Shown piece by piece: positions 40,613-50,119 of a stretch of 64,000 nucleotides of DNA. Made by a program: the position numbers and the translations under genes. The notes beneath the pieces are model-generated. The model saw only the letters and a list, made by a program, of their open reading frames with translations. It was not told the DNA's origin and searched no databases. Every line of letters starts with the position of its first letter. Position 1 is the stretch's first letter. This DNA is from Thermoanaerobaculia bacterium (GTDB taxonomy: Bacteria; Acidobacteriota; Thermoanaerobaculia; UBA5066), in assembly GCA_963816185.1 (NCBI GenBank), contig CAWFJJ010000024.1:32001-96000 (forward strand), in the 5' to 3' direction.

Positions 40613-42300
40613 GCCGACTGGCCGTTCGGAGTAGGAAGGTTCGCGGGCGCGACGACGGCGGGCACGAGCTCGGCGCTCTTCTTGTCGACGCCCTCCTGCC
40701 GCGCGTGCTTGTGGGCGCGGGCGGCACGGATGAAGTCCTTGAAGAGCGGGTGCGGCGCGGTGGGCTTGCTCTTGAACTCCGGGTGGAATTGGCAGCCGAG
40801 GAACCACGGGTGGTCGGACAGCTCGATCATCTCCACGAACTTCCGGTCGGGCGACATGCCGCAGAACGTCATCCCGGCGTCGCGCAGGACCGGCAGATAC
40901 TCCTGGTTCACCTCGTAGCGGTGGCGGTGGCGCTCCCAGATCTGCGCCTCGCCGTAGGCGCGCCGCGCGAGGGTGCCCTCCGCGAGGTCGCACGGGTACT
41001 TGCCGAGCCGCATCGTCCCGCCGAGGGCCTCGACGCCGAGGAGGTCGCGCAGCATGAAGATGACCTTGTGCGGCGGGTTCGGCTCGAACTCCGTCGAGTT
41101 CGCGTCTTTGAGCCCGCAGACGTTCCGCGCGAACTCGATGACGGCGCACTGCAGGCCGAGGCAGATTCCGAAGAACGGGACCCTCGTCTCGCGCGCGAGG
41201 CGGATCGCCTTCAGCTTGCCTTCGATGCCGCGGCGTCCGAAACCGGGTCCCACGAGGATCGCGTCCGCGCGGGCGAGCGTCTCGGGGAAGCCGGCCGTCT
41301 CCAGCTCCTCGGAGTCCACGAACGAGATCCTGACCTTCACGTTGTTCGCGATGCCTCCGTGATGGAGCGCCTCGTTCAGGGATTTGTAGCTGTCGCCGAG
41401 CTGCACGTACTTGCCGACGAAGGCGATCGTGACCTCTTCCTGGGGATTCTTGACGCGGTTGACGATCGAGTCCCACTTCGCGAGATCGCGGTCGTAGTGA
41501 GGAAGGGAGAGGTAGTCGAGGAGGATCTCGTCGAGGCCCTCGCGTGCGAACGCGAGCGGCACTTCGTAGATCGTCGGGACGTCACGTGCCGTGATGACCG
41601 CCCGCTCCTCCACGTTGCAGAAGAGCGCCATCTTCTTCTTCATCTCCTCGGGAATCGAGCGGTCGGCACGGCAGAGGAGGATGTCCGGCTGGATTCCGAT
41701 CGAGAGAAGCTCCTTGACGGAGTGCTGCGTGGGCTTCGTCTTCAGCTCGTCGGACGCCGCGATGTGAGGCACGAGGGTCAGGTGCACGTTGATCGCGTTG
41801 CCGCGGCCCACGTCCTGCCGGAACTGGCGGATCGCTTCGAGAAACGGGAGCGACTCGATGTCGCCGACGGTGCCGCCGATCTCCACGAGGACGACGTCGT
41901 TGTCGCCGGCCACGCGGCGCATGCAGTCCTTGATCTCGTCCGTGATGTGCGGGATGACCTGAACGGTCTTCCCGAGGAAGTCTCCGCGGCGCTCCTTTTC
42001 GATGACAGACAGATAGATTTTTCCGGTCGTTATGCTGTTCGCCTTGCCCGTGATGGCGGAGGTGAAGCGCTCGTAATGCCCGAGGTCGAGATCGGTCTCG
42101 GCCCCGTCGTCGGTCACGAAGACCTCGCCGTGCTGAAACGGCGACATCGTGCCGGGGTCCACGTTCAGGTACGGGTCGAACTTCATGAGGGTGACGCGGA
42201 ACCCCCGCGCTTCCAACAGCGCGCCCATGGACGCCGCGGCGATGCCTTTGCCGAGGCCGGAGACCACGCCGCCGGTGATGAAAATGTATTTGGTTCCCAC
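40609..42300 (-). CDS. pyrG: CTP synthase
   Basis: [48 protein letters not shown]; GGAGG upstream of the GTG. Confidence 0.97.
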   Translation of the reverse strand: MGTKYIFITGGVVSGLGKGIAAASMGALLEARGFRVTLMKFDPYLNVDPGTMSPFQHGEVFVTDDGAETDLDLGHYERFTSAITGKANSITTGKIYLSVIEKERRGDFLGKTVQVIPHITDEIKDCMRRVAGDNDVVLVEIGGTVGDIESLPFLEAIRQFRQDVGRGNAINVHLTLVPHIAASDELKTKPTQHSVKELLSIGIQPDILLCRADRSIPEEMKKKMALFCNVEERAVITARDVPTIYEVPLAFAREGLDEILLDYLSLPHYDRDLAKWDSIVNRVKNPQEEVTIAFVGKYVQLGDSYKSLNEALHHGGIANNVKVRISFVDSEELETAGFPETLARADAILVGPGFGRRGIEGKLKAIRLARETRVPFFGICLGLQCAVIEFARNVCGLKDANSTEFEPNPPHKVIFMLRDLLGVEALGGTMRLGKYPCDLAEGTLARRAYGEAQIWERHRHRYEVNQEYLPVLRDAGMTFCGMSPDRKFVEMIELSDHPWFLGCQFHPEFKSKPTAPHPLFKDFIRAARAHKHARQEGVDKKSAELVPAVVAPANLPTPNGQSA

Positions 42301-42301
42301 G

Positions 42302-43291
42302 CTACACCTCCCGTACGGCCAAGAAGTTGCTGGTTCGGTTCGTGTCAGGCTGTTTGAGTTTCTTCTCATATGCGGCGGCCCCTGTTGCGGCCGCCGATAG
42401 AAGGAATTTCTTTCCCGGCTGTCCGACGTCAAGGGCGCTCTTTGCGCGCCGCGCAGCGGTCTTTGACCCTTGACTTCGGGCAGCCGGGGAATATCCGATT
42501 CTCTTCTTGCCTTCCTCTTTCTCTCTCTTTCTAAGAATCTCTTCCACTCTTCGAGCGTCCTCGATCGTGTCGACGCCGATGGAGTCGCTCGCGGCATCCA
42601 GCACGGCCATCGCCATCCCCGCCGCGAGCGCGCGGAGCTGCTCGAGGCTCTCGGCGCGCTCGAGCGGATGGGGCGGCAGGCTCGTCCAGCGCCGAAGCGC
42701 GTCCTTGCGGTAGCCGTAGAGGCCGAGGTGCTTGAGCGTCGGGAGGGAAGGCTCGGGTCTCCGGCGGTAGGGAAGCGCCGCACGCGAAAAGTAGAGGGCT
42801 CGCCCGTCGTCGCCGCGCACGACCTTGACGTTGTTCGGATTCGCGATCTCGGCCGGATCGTCGATGGCGAGAGCGACCGTCGCGAGCGGAAACTCGGGAT
42901 GCTCGAGCAGGAATCCCGCCACGCGGTCGAGGTTCTCGGGATCCATGAGCGGCTCGTCGCCTTGCACGTTCAGGACGACGTCCACGTCGAGGTCCCTCAC
43001 GGCCGCGAAGACCCGATCCGTTCCGGACGGAAGCGCCGGGTCCGTCAGGACCGCCCGTCCCCCCGCCGTTTCGACCGTGCGGGCGATCCGCGCGTCGTCG
43101 GTCGCCACGAGCACGAGCGAGACGCGCTTCGCCTGAAGGGCCCGCTCGAGAACCCGTACGACCATGGGGGTTCCGGCGATCGGATGGAGAGGTTTCCCCG
43201 GGAAGCGCTCCGCCCGATAGCGGGAGGGGATGACGGCGACGACGTGAAGCGGGGAGGGGGTCGCCAGCCGGGGCACGTTCGATCTTAACAT
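42302..43291 (-). CDS. kdsB: CMP-KDO synthetase; reads about 65 codons past the usual end
   Basis: [58 protein letters not shown]. Confidence 0.92.
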   Translation of the reverse strand: MLRSNVPRLATPSPLHVVAVIPSRYRAERFPGKPLHPIAGTPMVVRVLERALQAKRVSLVLVATDDARIARTVETAGGRAVLTDPALPSGTDRVFAAVRDLDVDVVLNVQGDEPLMDPENLDRVAGFLLEHPEFPLATVALAIDDPAEIANPNNVKVVRGDDGRALYFSRAALPYRRRPEPSLPTLKHLGLYGYRKDALRRWTSLPPHPLERAESLEQLRALAAGMAMAVLDAASDSIGVDTIEDARRVEEILRKREKEEGKKRIGYSPAARSQGSKTAARRAKSALDVGQPGKKFLLSAAATGAAAYEKKLKQPDTNRTSNFLAVREV

Positions 43292-43386
43292 CGCCTCGCG
43301 TGGGCGCGTCAACGTCGTCACCGGCCCGCGCTCGCGGGTCGATGACGACTTAAACAGGATGGAAGAAAGGGATTCGGGGGAGCCCG

Positions 43387-43821
43387 CTATCCGGCTACGT
43401 TGTGGGCGCGGCCGCTGGTGTCTTCGCTGGATTCGTCCTCGTCCATGAGCTCGTGGAGGGGGAGAACGGCCGTGTCGATCGCTCCCTCCAGCTCGCGGAT
43501 GCCTTCGCGGGCCGCGACGGCATAGGAGTTCGACTCGTCGTATCCGGACGCGGCGACGACTTTCTCGTACGTGAGAAGGGCCTTCGTCGGCTCGTTCAGG
43601 GCGTAGTGGTACGTGTGGGCGACCGTCATGCGGGCCTGCAGATCGTACGGGTTGAGCCGCAGGATCTTCGCCAGGAACACGAGCGAGTCGTTGTAGCGTT
43701 CCTCTTCGAGCGCGACCTCCGCGCGGTGGCGGTAGAGCGCGACCTCTTCCTCGAGCGTGAAATCTTCGCGGGATGCTGCGCTAAAGGGCGATCGGAAGGA
43801 CCGGAACAGCTTTTCGATCAT
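43387..43821 (-). CDS. Small TPR-like protein with an acidic tail
   Basis: AE.ALEEERY.D....LAKILRLNP.D..A and A...YEKVV patterns; GGAG RBS. Confidence 0.6.
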   Translation of the reverse strand: MIEKLFRSFRSPFSAASREDFTLEEEVALYRHRAEVALEEERYNDSLVFLAKILRLNPYDLQARMTVAHTYHYALNEPTKALLTYEKVVAASGYDESNSYAVAAREGIRELEGAIDTAVLPLHELMDEDESSEDTSGRAHNVAG

Positions 43822-44062
43822 TCGCTCTCCTGACCGTTCCTGGGTTGTGGGAGCTGATCTGTGACCCACGATATGTTGGGGAGAGCTTAGAACCTGAAAT
43901 CTCGGAAATCAAGTGAGAATCCAGAAAAAAGAAGGATTCCTAGAAGGAGTGCCTTATTAAATTAGGGCGAGACCTGAACACTGCACAGCAACCTAGCAGG
44001 CATTAGACGGCGCTGGCCGAAAGCCTATTTTCATTCGAAGACATTAAATTATTTGTTCTTAA

Positions 44063-45121
44063 TTACTTACGCCGATTTGCGGCGTATTCGGCGGCGAGAA
44101 GGAAGCCTTCCCGGGAAGCTGTCTCGGGGAAGAGCGACGCGATCTCGCGCGCCCTCTCCGCGTGGATCTCGACCATTTCGTGGGCGCGGTCCAGGGCGCC
44201 GAGGCGTTGGACGATCCCGAGGATCTGTTCGGGCGTGACGGATGCGAACCCTTGCTCGGCCACGACCGTCTCGACGAGCTTGCGCTCGGCACGCGTCGCG
44301 TGCGGCAGACAGAGGATCAGGGGCAGCGTGAGCTTGCCCTCCCTCAGGTCGGAGAGAACCGGCTTGCCGAGGTCCGCTTCCTTGGCGGTGTAATCCAGCA
44401 GGTCGTCCTGGAGCTGGAACGCGATCCCGAGCGACATTCCATAATCCCAGAGGCGCTCGCCCCAGGCTTCACGGCTTTCACCGAACGCCTCCGTCACCAG
44501 GAACGACGGAATCTTGCAGGCTCCCGCGAAGAGCAGAGCCGTCTTGCGGCGCACGATGTCGAGATAGCCGTCGAGGGTGAGGTCGAGGAGCCCGCGCCGC
44601 TCGGCGCCGATGATCTCGCCTTCCGTCATCCGGAGCGTCACGTCCGAGAGGAGGCGCAAGACCCTGAGATCCCCCTCCTCCAGGGCGATCTCCATGGACT
44701 TCATGTAGAGGAAGTCGCCGAACAGGACAGTCAGCTCGTTGCCCCACCGCCGGTTCACGCTCGGCCGGCCGCGGCGAAGCTCGGCGTCGTCGATGATGTC
44801 GTCGTGCACCAGCGTCGCCGTGTGAATGAACTCGATCATCGCGGCGTAGCTCACGTCCCGGTCGCCCTCGCACCCGAGAAGATGCGAAGAGAGAAGGAGG
44901 AGCGCCGGCCGGATGCGCTTGCCGCCGCCCTCGACCAGGTAGTCGCCGATGAGGGAGATCGTCGGGATGCCCGAACGCGTCCGCTCCTGGAGGCGGGCCT
45001 CGACGAGCTTCAGCTTGCTTTCGATCGGCGAGAGAGCCGAGAGGAGGCGTCGCCCGTTCTCCCGCTCATCCGCGGGGAGCGTGGCGACGAGCAGCCGGTC
45101 TTTCAGCGAGGTCTGGCTCAT
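44063..45121 (-). CDS. ispB: Polyprenyl diphosphate synthase
   Basis: GGKRIRP, LVHDDIID...RRG, GDFL, KTA, AFQLQDDLLD, DLREGK. Confidence 0.88.
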   Translation of the reverse strand: MSQTSLKDRLLVATLPADERENGRRLLSALSPIESKLKLVEARLQERTRSGIPTISLIGDYLVEGGGKRIRPALLLLSSHLLGCEGDRDVSYAAMIEFIHTATLVHDDIIDDAELRRGRPSVNRRWGNELTVLFGDFLYMKSMEIALEEGDLRVLRLLSDVTLRMTEGEIIGAERRGLLDLTLDGYLDIVRRKTALLFAGACKIPSFLVTEAFGESREAWGERLWDYGMSLGIAFQLQDDLLDYTAKEADLGKPVLSDLREGKLTLPLILCLPHATRAERKLVETVVAEQGFASVTPEQILGIVQRLGALDRAHEMVEIHAERAREIASLFPETASREGFLLAAEYAANRRK

Positions 45122-45144
45122 CTCGGCGGTGCATCTTACCGCCC

Positions 45145-45636
45145 TCAGCCGCGGAAATTCGTGAACTGAAGAGGGATCCCGAAGTCCGCGCTTCGCAGGA
45201 GGGCGATGGCGGCCTGCAGGTCGTCCTTCTTCTTGCCCGAGACGCGCAGCTGCTCGCCCTGAATCGCGACCTGCACCTTCAGCTTGCTGTCCTTGACGGC
45301 CTTTACGATCTCCCGCGCCTTCTCGGAGGGGATGCCCTGACGGATCGTCACGACCTGTCGCACGGTCCCCTTGGACGCGGGCTCGATCGTGCCGTAGTCG
45401 AAAGCCTTCAGAGACACGCCCCGCTTCGCGAGCTTCGTCTGGAGCAGGTCCGTCACGGCCTTCAGGCCGAACTCGTCGTTCGCCGTGAGCGTGAGCTCTC
45501 GGTCCTTCTGCTCGATTCCGGCCGCGGTGCCCTTCAGGTCGAAGCGCTGTGCGACTTCCTTCCGGGCCTGAGAGACCGCGTTCGCGACCTCGGGGAGGTT
45601 GACTTCGGAGACGACGTCGAATGTGGGTTCGGCCAT
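45145..45636 (-). CDS. yajQ: YajQ-family nucleotide/c-di-GMP-binding protein
   Basis: FDVVSEV, RFDLKG, KLKVQVAIQGEQLRVSGKKKDDLQ, QFTNFR. Confidence 0.95.
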   Translation of the reverse strand: MAEPTFDVVSEVNLPEVANAVSQARKEVAQRFDLKGTAAGIEQKDRELTLTANDEFGLKAVTDLLQTKLAKRGVSLKAFDYGTIEPASKGTVRQVVTIRQGIPSEKAREIVKAVKDSKLKVQVAIQGEQLRVSGKKKDDLQAAIALLRSADFGIPLQFTNFRG

Positions 45637-45640
45637 GGAA

Positions 45641-46390
45641 TCACTCCGAGAGGATCTTCGTGCCTTCCGGCGGGACGAGCGCGAAGTCCGAGTCAGGGCG
45701 CTTCGGCCCGGACATCTTCTGCGTGAACGTAAACGTCGTGCGGTTGCCCCCGGCATCCACGAGAATCAGCCTCTTCACCTCGCCCGAGGCTGCCGCGACG
45801 AGCGTGACGGACTTCGGATCCCCGCCGGCGCGAGGGGTCAGCGTGAGCTCGGTCAGGCCGGCGTCCCGTGCGGCGGCGCGCGCCGCATAGCGCGAGAGGA
45901 GCGAGTCGGTCGACTCCAGAAACACGATCGGCAGGCGCGCGATCTCCGCGGGGCTCAGCGTGCGGACGACGAGCTGCCGGTCCGCCGCGACGAACTGGCG
46001 GCCGGCCCTGCCGTCGAACGTGAACACTTTCCCTTCGGGTCCGTCGTAGTCGAAACGCACGCGGTCCGGTGACTGGAGGATCAGTCGCCCGGTCTCCGGC
46101 GCGGTTTCCGCGAAACCTGCCGGCGCGTACGTCTGCACGAACGTGCAGCTCACGGAGGGGGAGGACGAATAAGCTGTTCGGATGCTCGTGAGAAGCGCTC
46201 GCGCGTCGAGCGACGCGACAGCCGGCGGCGCTGGCGTCGCGGCCGGCTTCGCCGGCCGTGCCTCGAAGGGAAAGAAGAATAGGAGGAAAAAAACGAAGAC
46301 TGCGGCGCGCTGCGCGCGCCGTGCTTCGAAAGGAAGAAGGACCGGCGATTCGGCTTGGCGCCGGCAGCGCCTGAGGGCGGGTGCGTTCAC
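45641..46390 (-). CDS. lolA: Outer-membrane lipoprotein carrier LolA-like protein
   Basis: F.QTY, ETG.L..Q.P..VRFDY..P..K....DG, D..GNRT.F.F, F...PPEG. Confidence 0.75.
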   Translation of the reverse strand: MNAPALRRCRRQAESPVLLPFEARRAQRAAVFVFFLLFFFPFEARPAKPAATPAPPAVASLDARALLTSIRTAYSSSPSVSCTFVQTYAPAGFAETAPETGRLILQSPDRVRFDYDGPEGKVFTFDGRAGRQFVAADRQLVVRTLSPAEIARLPIVFLESTDSLLSRYAARAAARDAGLTELTLTPRAGGDPKSVTLVAAASGEVKRLILVDAGGNRTTFTFTQKMSGPKRPDSDFALVPPEGTKILSE

Positions 46391-46427
46391 TTTCTAAGAA
46401 TCTTCTCTTTCTTTCTCTCGTCTCTTC

Positions 46428-47972
46428 TCAATGTCTAAAGTGCCTCTTGCCCGTGAACACCATTGCGATTCCCGCGGCATCGGCCGCGGCGATGACGGCG
46501 GGGTCCCTCACGGAGCCGCCGGGCTGGATGACGGCCGTGACGCCCGCGACCGCGAGCACCTCGAGACCGTCCGGGAACGGAAAGAAGGCGTCCGACGCCG
46601 CGACCGCGCCTTTTGCGCGCGTTCCCGCCTTGCCGGCGGCGTCGCGGCACGCGTCCACGCGGCTCGTGCGCCCGCCGCCGATGCCGTACGTCGCGCTCTC
46701 GCCCGCCACGACGATGGCGTTGGAGACGACGCCGCGCAGGACTCGGTTTGCGAAGCCGAGCGCGCGCCGCTCGGCTTCGCCCGGCGCCCGCTTCGTCACG
46801 ACTTTCCATTCCGATGCGTCGTCGGGAGCGAGGTCGCCTTCTTGAACGAGCAGGCCCCCGTCGATGCCCCGGACCTCGAGGCGCGGGCGGGAATCCCGCT
46901 CCGGCGCGACGGTCAGGACGCGCAGGTTTGGCTTCTTCGCGAGAATCGGCTTTGCGTCGTTCGTCACGTCGTGCACGACGATCACCTCGAGAAAGCGCGA
47001 CGTGAGCACCCCTGCCGCTGCGGCGTCCAGCAAACCCGTGTACGCGACGACGCCGCCGTAGCTCGAGACGGGGTCGGAAGCCCACGCCGCCTCGAACGCC
47101 TCCGCCATCGCATGCTCCGTGGCCACGCCCGAGGGAACGCGGTGCTTCACGATCGTGAGGGCGTTCCGGCCCACGACGCGCGACGTGTAGAGAGCCGAGT
47201 CCGCATCGAGGAGGTTGGTGTACGAGAGCTCTTTTCCCTGCACGAAGCGGTAACGCGAGAGCGCGGGAGGCGCGGCGGCGGCGTCCACATAGAGAGAGGC
47301 CTTCTGGTGCGGGTTCTCGCCGTAGCGCAGCGGTGCGGCGAGCGAGAAGGAGAGCGACAGGCGCTCCGGAAACGTCTCGCCTGCCTCTCCCGAGAACCAC
47401 CGCGCGATCGCAGAGTCGTAGGCCGCCGTGCGCCGGAACGCCTTCGCGGCCAGACGCCGGCGCGTCGCGTCGCTGAGTGTGCCGCCGCTCTTCGTGAGCT
47501 CGGAGGCGACGGCCGGGTAGTCCGCCGGATCGCACACGGCCGCGACGTGTGCGTGGTTCTTCGCCGCCGCGCGCAGGAGCGACGGGCCGCCGACGTCGAT
47601 CTTCTCGATGGCGTCGCCAAAGGCGACGTTCTCCCTCGCGACGGCCTCCTCGAACGGATAGAGATTCACGACGACGAGATCGATCGGCGAGGCGCCGCTC
47701 GCCGCCGCCTCGGCCCGATCGCGCTCCTCGGACCTGTCGAAGAGGATTCCGCCGAAAACCTTCGGGTGGAGCGTCTTCACGCGTCCGCCGAAGACCTCGG
47801 GACAGCCGGTGAGGTCCGAGACGCTCGTGACGGCGAGGCCGGCCGCCGCGAGATGTCCGGCGGTGCCGCCCGTCGAAACGAGTTCGAAGCCCAGCCCGGC
47901 CAGGGTGCGCGCGAATTCGACGAGGCCGGCGCGGTCGGAAACGGAGAGAAGAGCGAGGCGCGTGTCACTCAC
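46428..47972 (-). CDS. purH: Bifunctional AICAR transformylase/IMP cyclohydrolase
   Basis: ALLSVSD, STGGT, GRVKTLHP, IDVGGP, LRYGENPHQ, KELSY, ASDAFFPF, QPGGS, RHFRH. Confidence 0.95.
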   Translation of the reverse strand: MSDTRLALLSVSDRAGLVEFARTLAGLGFELVSTGGTAGHLAAAGLAVTSVSDLTGCPEVFGGRVKTLHPKVFGGILFDRSEERDRAEAAASGASPIDLVVVNLYPFEEAVARENVAFGDAIEKIDVGGPSLLRAAAKNHAHVAAVCDPADYPAVASELTKSGGTLSDATRRRLAAKAFRRTAAYDSAIARWFSGEAGETFPERLSLSFSLAAPLRYGENPHQKASLYVDAAAAPPALSRYRFVQGKELSYTNLLDADSALYTSRVVGRNALTIVKHRVPSGVATEHAMAEAFEAAWASDPVSSYGGVVAYTGLLDAAAAGVLTSRFLEVIVVHDVTNDAKPILAKKPNLRVLTVAPERDSRPRLEVRGIDGGLLVQEGDLAPDDASEWKVVTKRAPGEAERRALGFANRVLRGVVSNAIVVAGESATYGIGGGRTSRVDACRDAAGKAGTRAKGAVAASDAFFPFPDGLEVLAVAGVTAVIQPGGSVRDPAVIAAADAAGIAMVFTGKRHFRH

Positions 47973-48579
47973 GGACGGGGTAGGGTCCTTTCGAGACGGG
48001 GTACTGCGCGACCAAGAAAACGTCTCCTCCGGCGGTTTTCCAGATCCAGGCGAGGAGCCGCGTCGTGAGCGTGATGGAGGCGTCGTAACACTCCCGGCGC
48101 GTGCCGGACGGCAGCGCCGCCGCCGCGAGCTTCTCGGGCGCGGCGAACGGCTCCGGCGAAAAGCCCAGGAAACGGGCGCCCGCCGACGTGTCCGCGGCGG
48201 GTCCGGCGGCCGGCGGGAACGCCATCGCGAACTCGTGGACGATCCCGCCTGCCTGGTAGGAGATCCCGTCGAAAGGCGTGTGGCGGCGGATCGACTCCGC
48301 CAGAGCGCGCGCGCCGCGGGCCGCGGCGGCGCGATGCGCGGCCGCGTCGCGAGTGCCGGCCTCGGCGGCGGCCGCGTCGCGCACGCCCTGCATGAGGCGC
48401 CGCGAGTGTTTCGCGAGCTGACGCTTGAAATCCGGCGGCGCAAAGGAGGCCGCGTCGGCCGCCATCCTCGCTTCCTCGGCGACGCCCCAGCGCACCGGCT
48501 CGGCGGTGCGGGCGGGAGCGGTAGAGAGCACGAGCGCAAACACGGCGGCGAGTGAACCGGGAGGCAAGCGGCAGCGCAT
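47965..48579 (-). CDS. Hypothetical exported helical protein
   Basis: Signal-like N-terminus; stop overlaps the purH start; weak resemblance to the Zn-dependent PLC/S1-P1 fold. Confidence 0.55.
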   Translation of the reverse strand: MRCRLPPGSLAAVFALVLSTAPARTAEPVRWGVAEEARMAADAASFAPPDFKRQLAKHSRRLMQGVRDAAAAEAGTRDAAAHRAAAARGARALAESIRRHTPFDGISYQAGGIVHEFAMAFPPAAGPAADTSAGARFLGFSPEPFAAPEKLAAAALPSGTRRECYDASITLTTRLLAWIWKTAGGDVFLVAQYPVSKGPYPVRE

Positions 48580-48637
48580 CGCGCCGCGATTGTACGGGTC
48601 GCGGCGTAGACTCCGCTTACGTACGGAGTTGGACGGG

Positions 48638-50119
48638 ATGAAGAAACACCGCGTCGCGGTTGTCGGGACTCTTGCAGTCCTCGCGGTCGCCGCGCTCGCC
48701 GTCTTCCTCGCGTCGAGGCCCGTCGCGCCGTCGTCGCGCTTCAAGCCGGTCGAGGTCGCCGGGCAGGACCTCGTCCTTCTGCCGGAGGCGGCAAGGCCGT
48801 TCACGCGAGTCGTGATCGGCCTCCGCCCCCACGGGGCGACCGGTAAGAACCCGCTGCGCGGCGCAACTGACCCGCGGGTCGTAGATCTCAGGCGCCGGCT
48901 CTATGCCCTGGACTTCGAGCTCCTCCAGGGCAAGAGCATGACGGCCGTGCCGTCGTATGCGACTTTCTACGTGGCCGTGCCCGACCCGGCGACGGTCCCC
49001 GAGGCCTCGGGCGAGGAAGAGGCCGACTTCCGCGCGTATCTCGCGACGCGACTCGGCTGGTCGGAGGAGACGATCCGGACGCGAATCCGCGTCTTCCGCG
49101 TCTCGCGGCCCATCCTTTACCCGCAGGACATGGCGGAGATCCTCGGCCACGACCGCGCGGGGCGGCTCGTCCTCGGCGTAGGCCGCGACACGGACCCGGT
49201 CTATGCGGAGCCGGTCGAACGGATCGCGAGGGCTTTTCCCGACGACTTCACTGTGCGGCGGCTCCAGGGCGTCCACGTCGGCGACATCAACACGGAAGGC
49301 GGAGACCTCGCGCTGAGCTGGCTCCCCGACGGCAAGATCGGGCTCCTCGTGGGCCGCCATCGCGCGATCCGCTATCTCGAACGGCGGACCGGCGAATCCC
49401 TTTTGGGACACCCTCTCACCTCGGAACAGATCGAGGAGGTCCGGCGCGCGTTCTCGTCGGCCTTCTTCGGCGTCGAGGTGCTGATCGTCGGGGAGGAGGC
49501 GCTCCGCGACCCGTCGCGCGGCAGCGAGGAGCTGTTCCACGCGGACATGGCCGTCGCGGCAGTCCGGAACGCCACGGAAGCCCTCGCGTTCGTCCCGACG
49601 TACGAGAATCCTCCCGTCGACGCGAACTCCCGGGCCCTCCTTCCGGTGACGTTCGTCCGCGACGTTCAGAAGGAGTACGACCTCGTCGCGGGGCAGATGG
49701 AGGCGCGGGGTTACCGCGTCGTACGTCTTCCTTTCGAGGACCACCCGGTCCGCTCGCCGGTGAACGTGAGCAAGTTCGTCGACGCGACCTCGGGCAAGCC
49801 CGTCGTCCTCCTCGCACGCTACCCGGAGCACCGGTCTCCGTCCCCGGGAGTCGAAAGCGCGATGGGGCAGCTGCAGGACGCGGTGCTCGCGCTGCAGGCA
49901 AGTCTCGACGCATGGGAGGCGGCGCCGACGGAGGCGGCGTTCGTTCGGCTCGACGCGAGCCTCGCAAACGCGTGGCGCGAGCTCGACGAGGCGGTCGCGA
50001 GCCCGAACCCGCTCTTCGACCGGCAGCGCGCGCTCTACGAGGCGAACGGGCTGTCGGTCATACCCCTCCCGCTCTTCCCGAGCGGCGAGGGCGGCGTTCA
50101 CTGCCTGCTCCTGCGCTAG
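48638..50119 (+). CDS. Exported or membrane-anchored amidinotransferase/deiminase-fold protein (agmatine/peptidylarginine deiminase-like)
   Basis: N-terminal TM/signal; PQD, TEGGD, FHADM, PVN, C-terminal GGVHC. Confidence 0.7.
   Translation: MKKHRVAVVGTLAVLAVAALAVFLASRPVAPSSRFKPVEVAGQDLVLLPEAARPFTRVVIGLRPHGATGKNPLRGATDPRVVDLRRRLYALDFELLQGKSMTAVPSYATFYVAVPDPATVPEASGEEEADFRAYLATRLGWSEETIRTRIRVFRVSRPILYPQDMAEILGHDRAGRLVLGVGRDTDPVYAEPVERIARAFPDDFTVRRLQGVHVGDINTEGGDLALSWLPDGKIGLLVGRHRAIRYLERRTGESLLGHPLTSEQIEEVRRAFSSAFFGVEVLIVGEEALRDPSRGSEELFHADMAVAAVRNATEALAFVPTYENPPVDANSRALLPVTFVRDVQKEYDLVAGQMEARGYRVVRLPFEDHPVRSPVNVSKFVDATSGKPVVLLARYPEHRSPSPGVESAMGQLQDAVLALQASLDAWEAAPTEAAFVRLDASLANAWRELDEAVASPNPLFDRQRALYEANGLSVIPLPLFPSGEGGVHCLLLR

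Noticed and set aside
43870-44060. AT-rich spacer as an ncRNA, oriC or dif site
   Set aside because: No recognisable RNA fold, DnaA-box cluster or XerCD consensus; most likely a promoter region with one motif variant.
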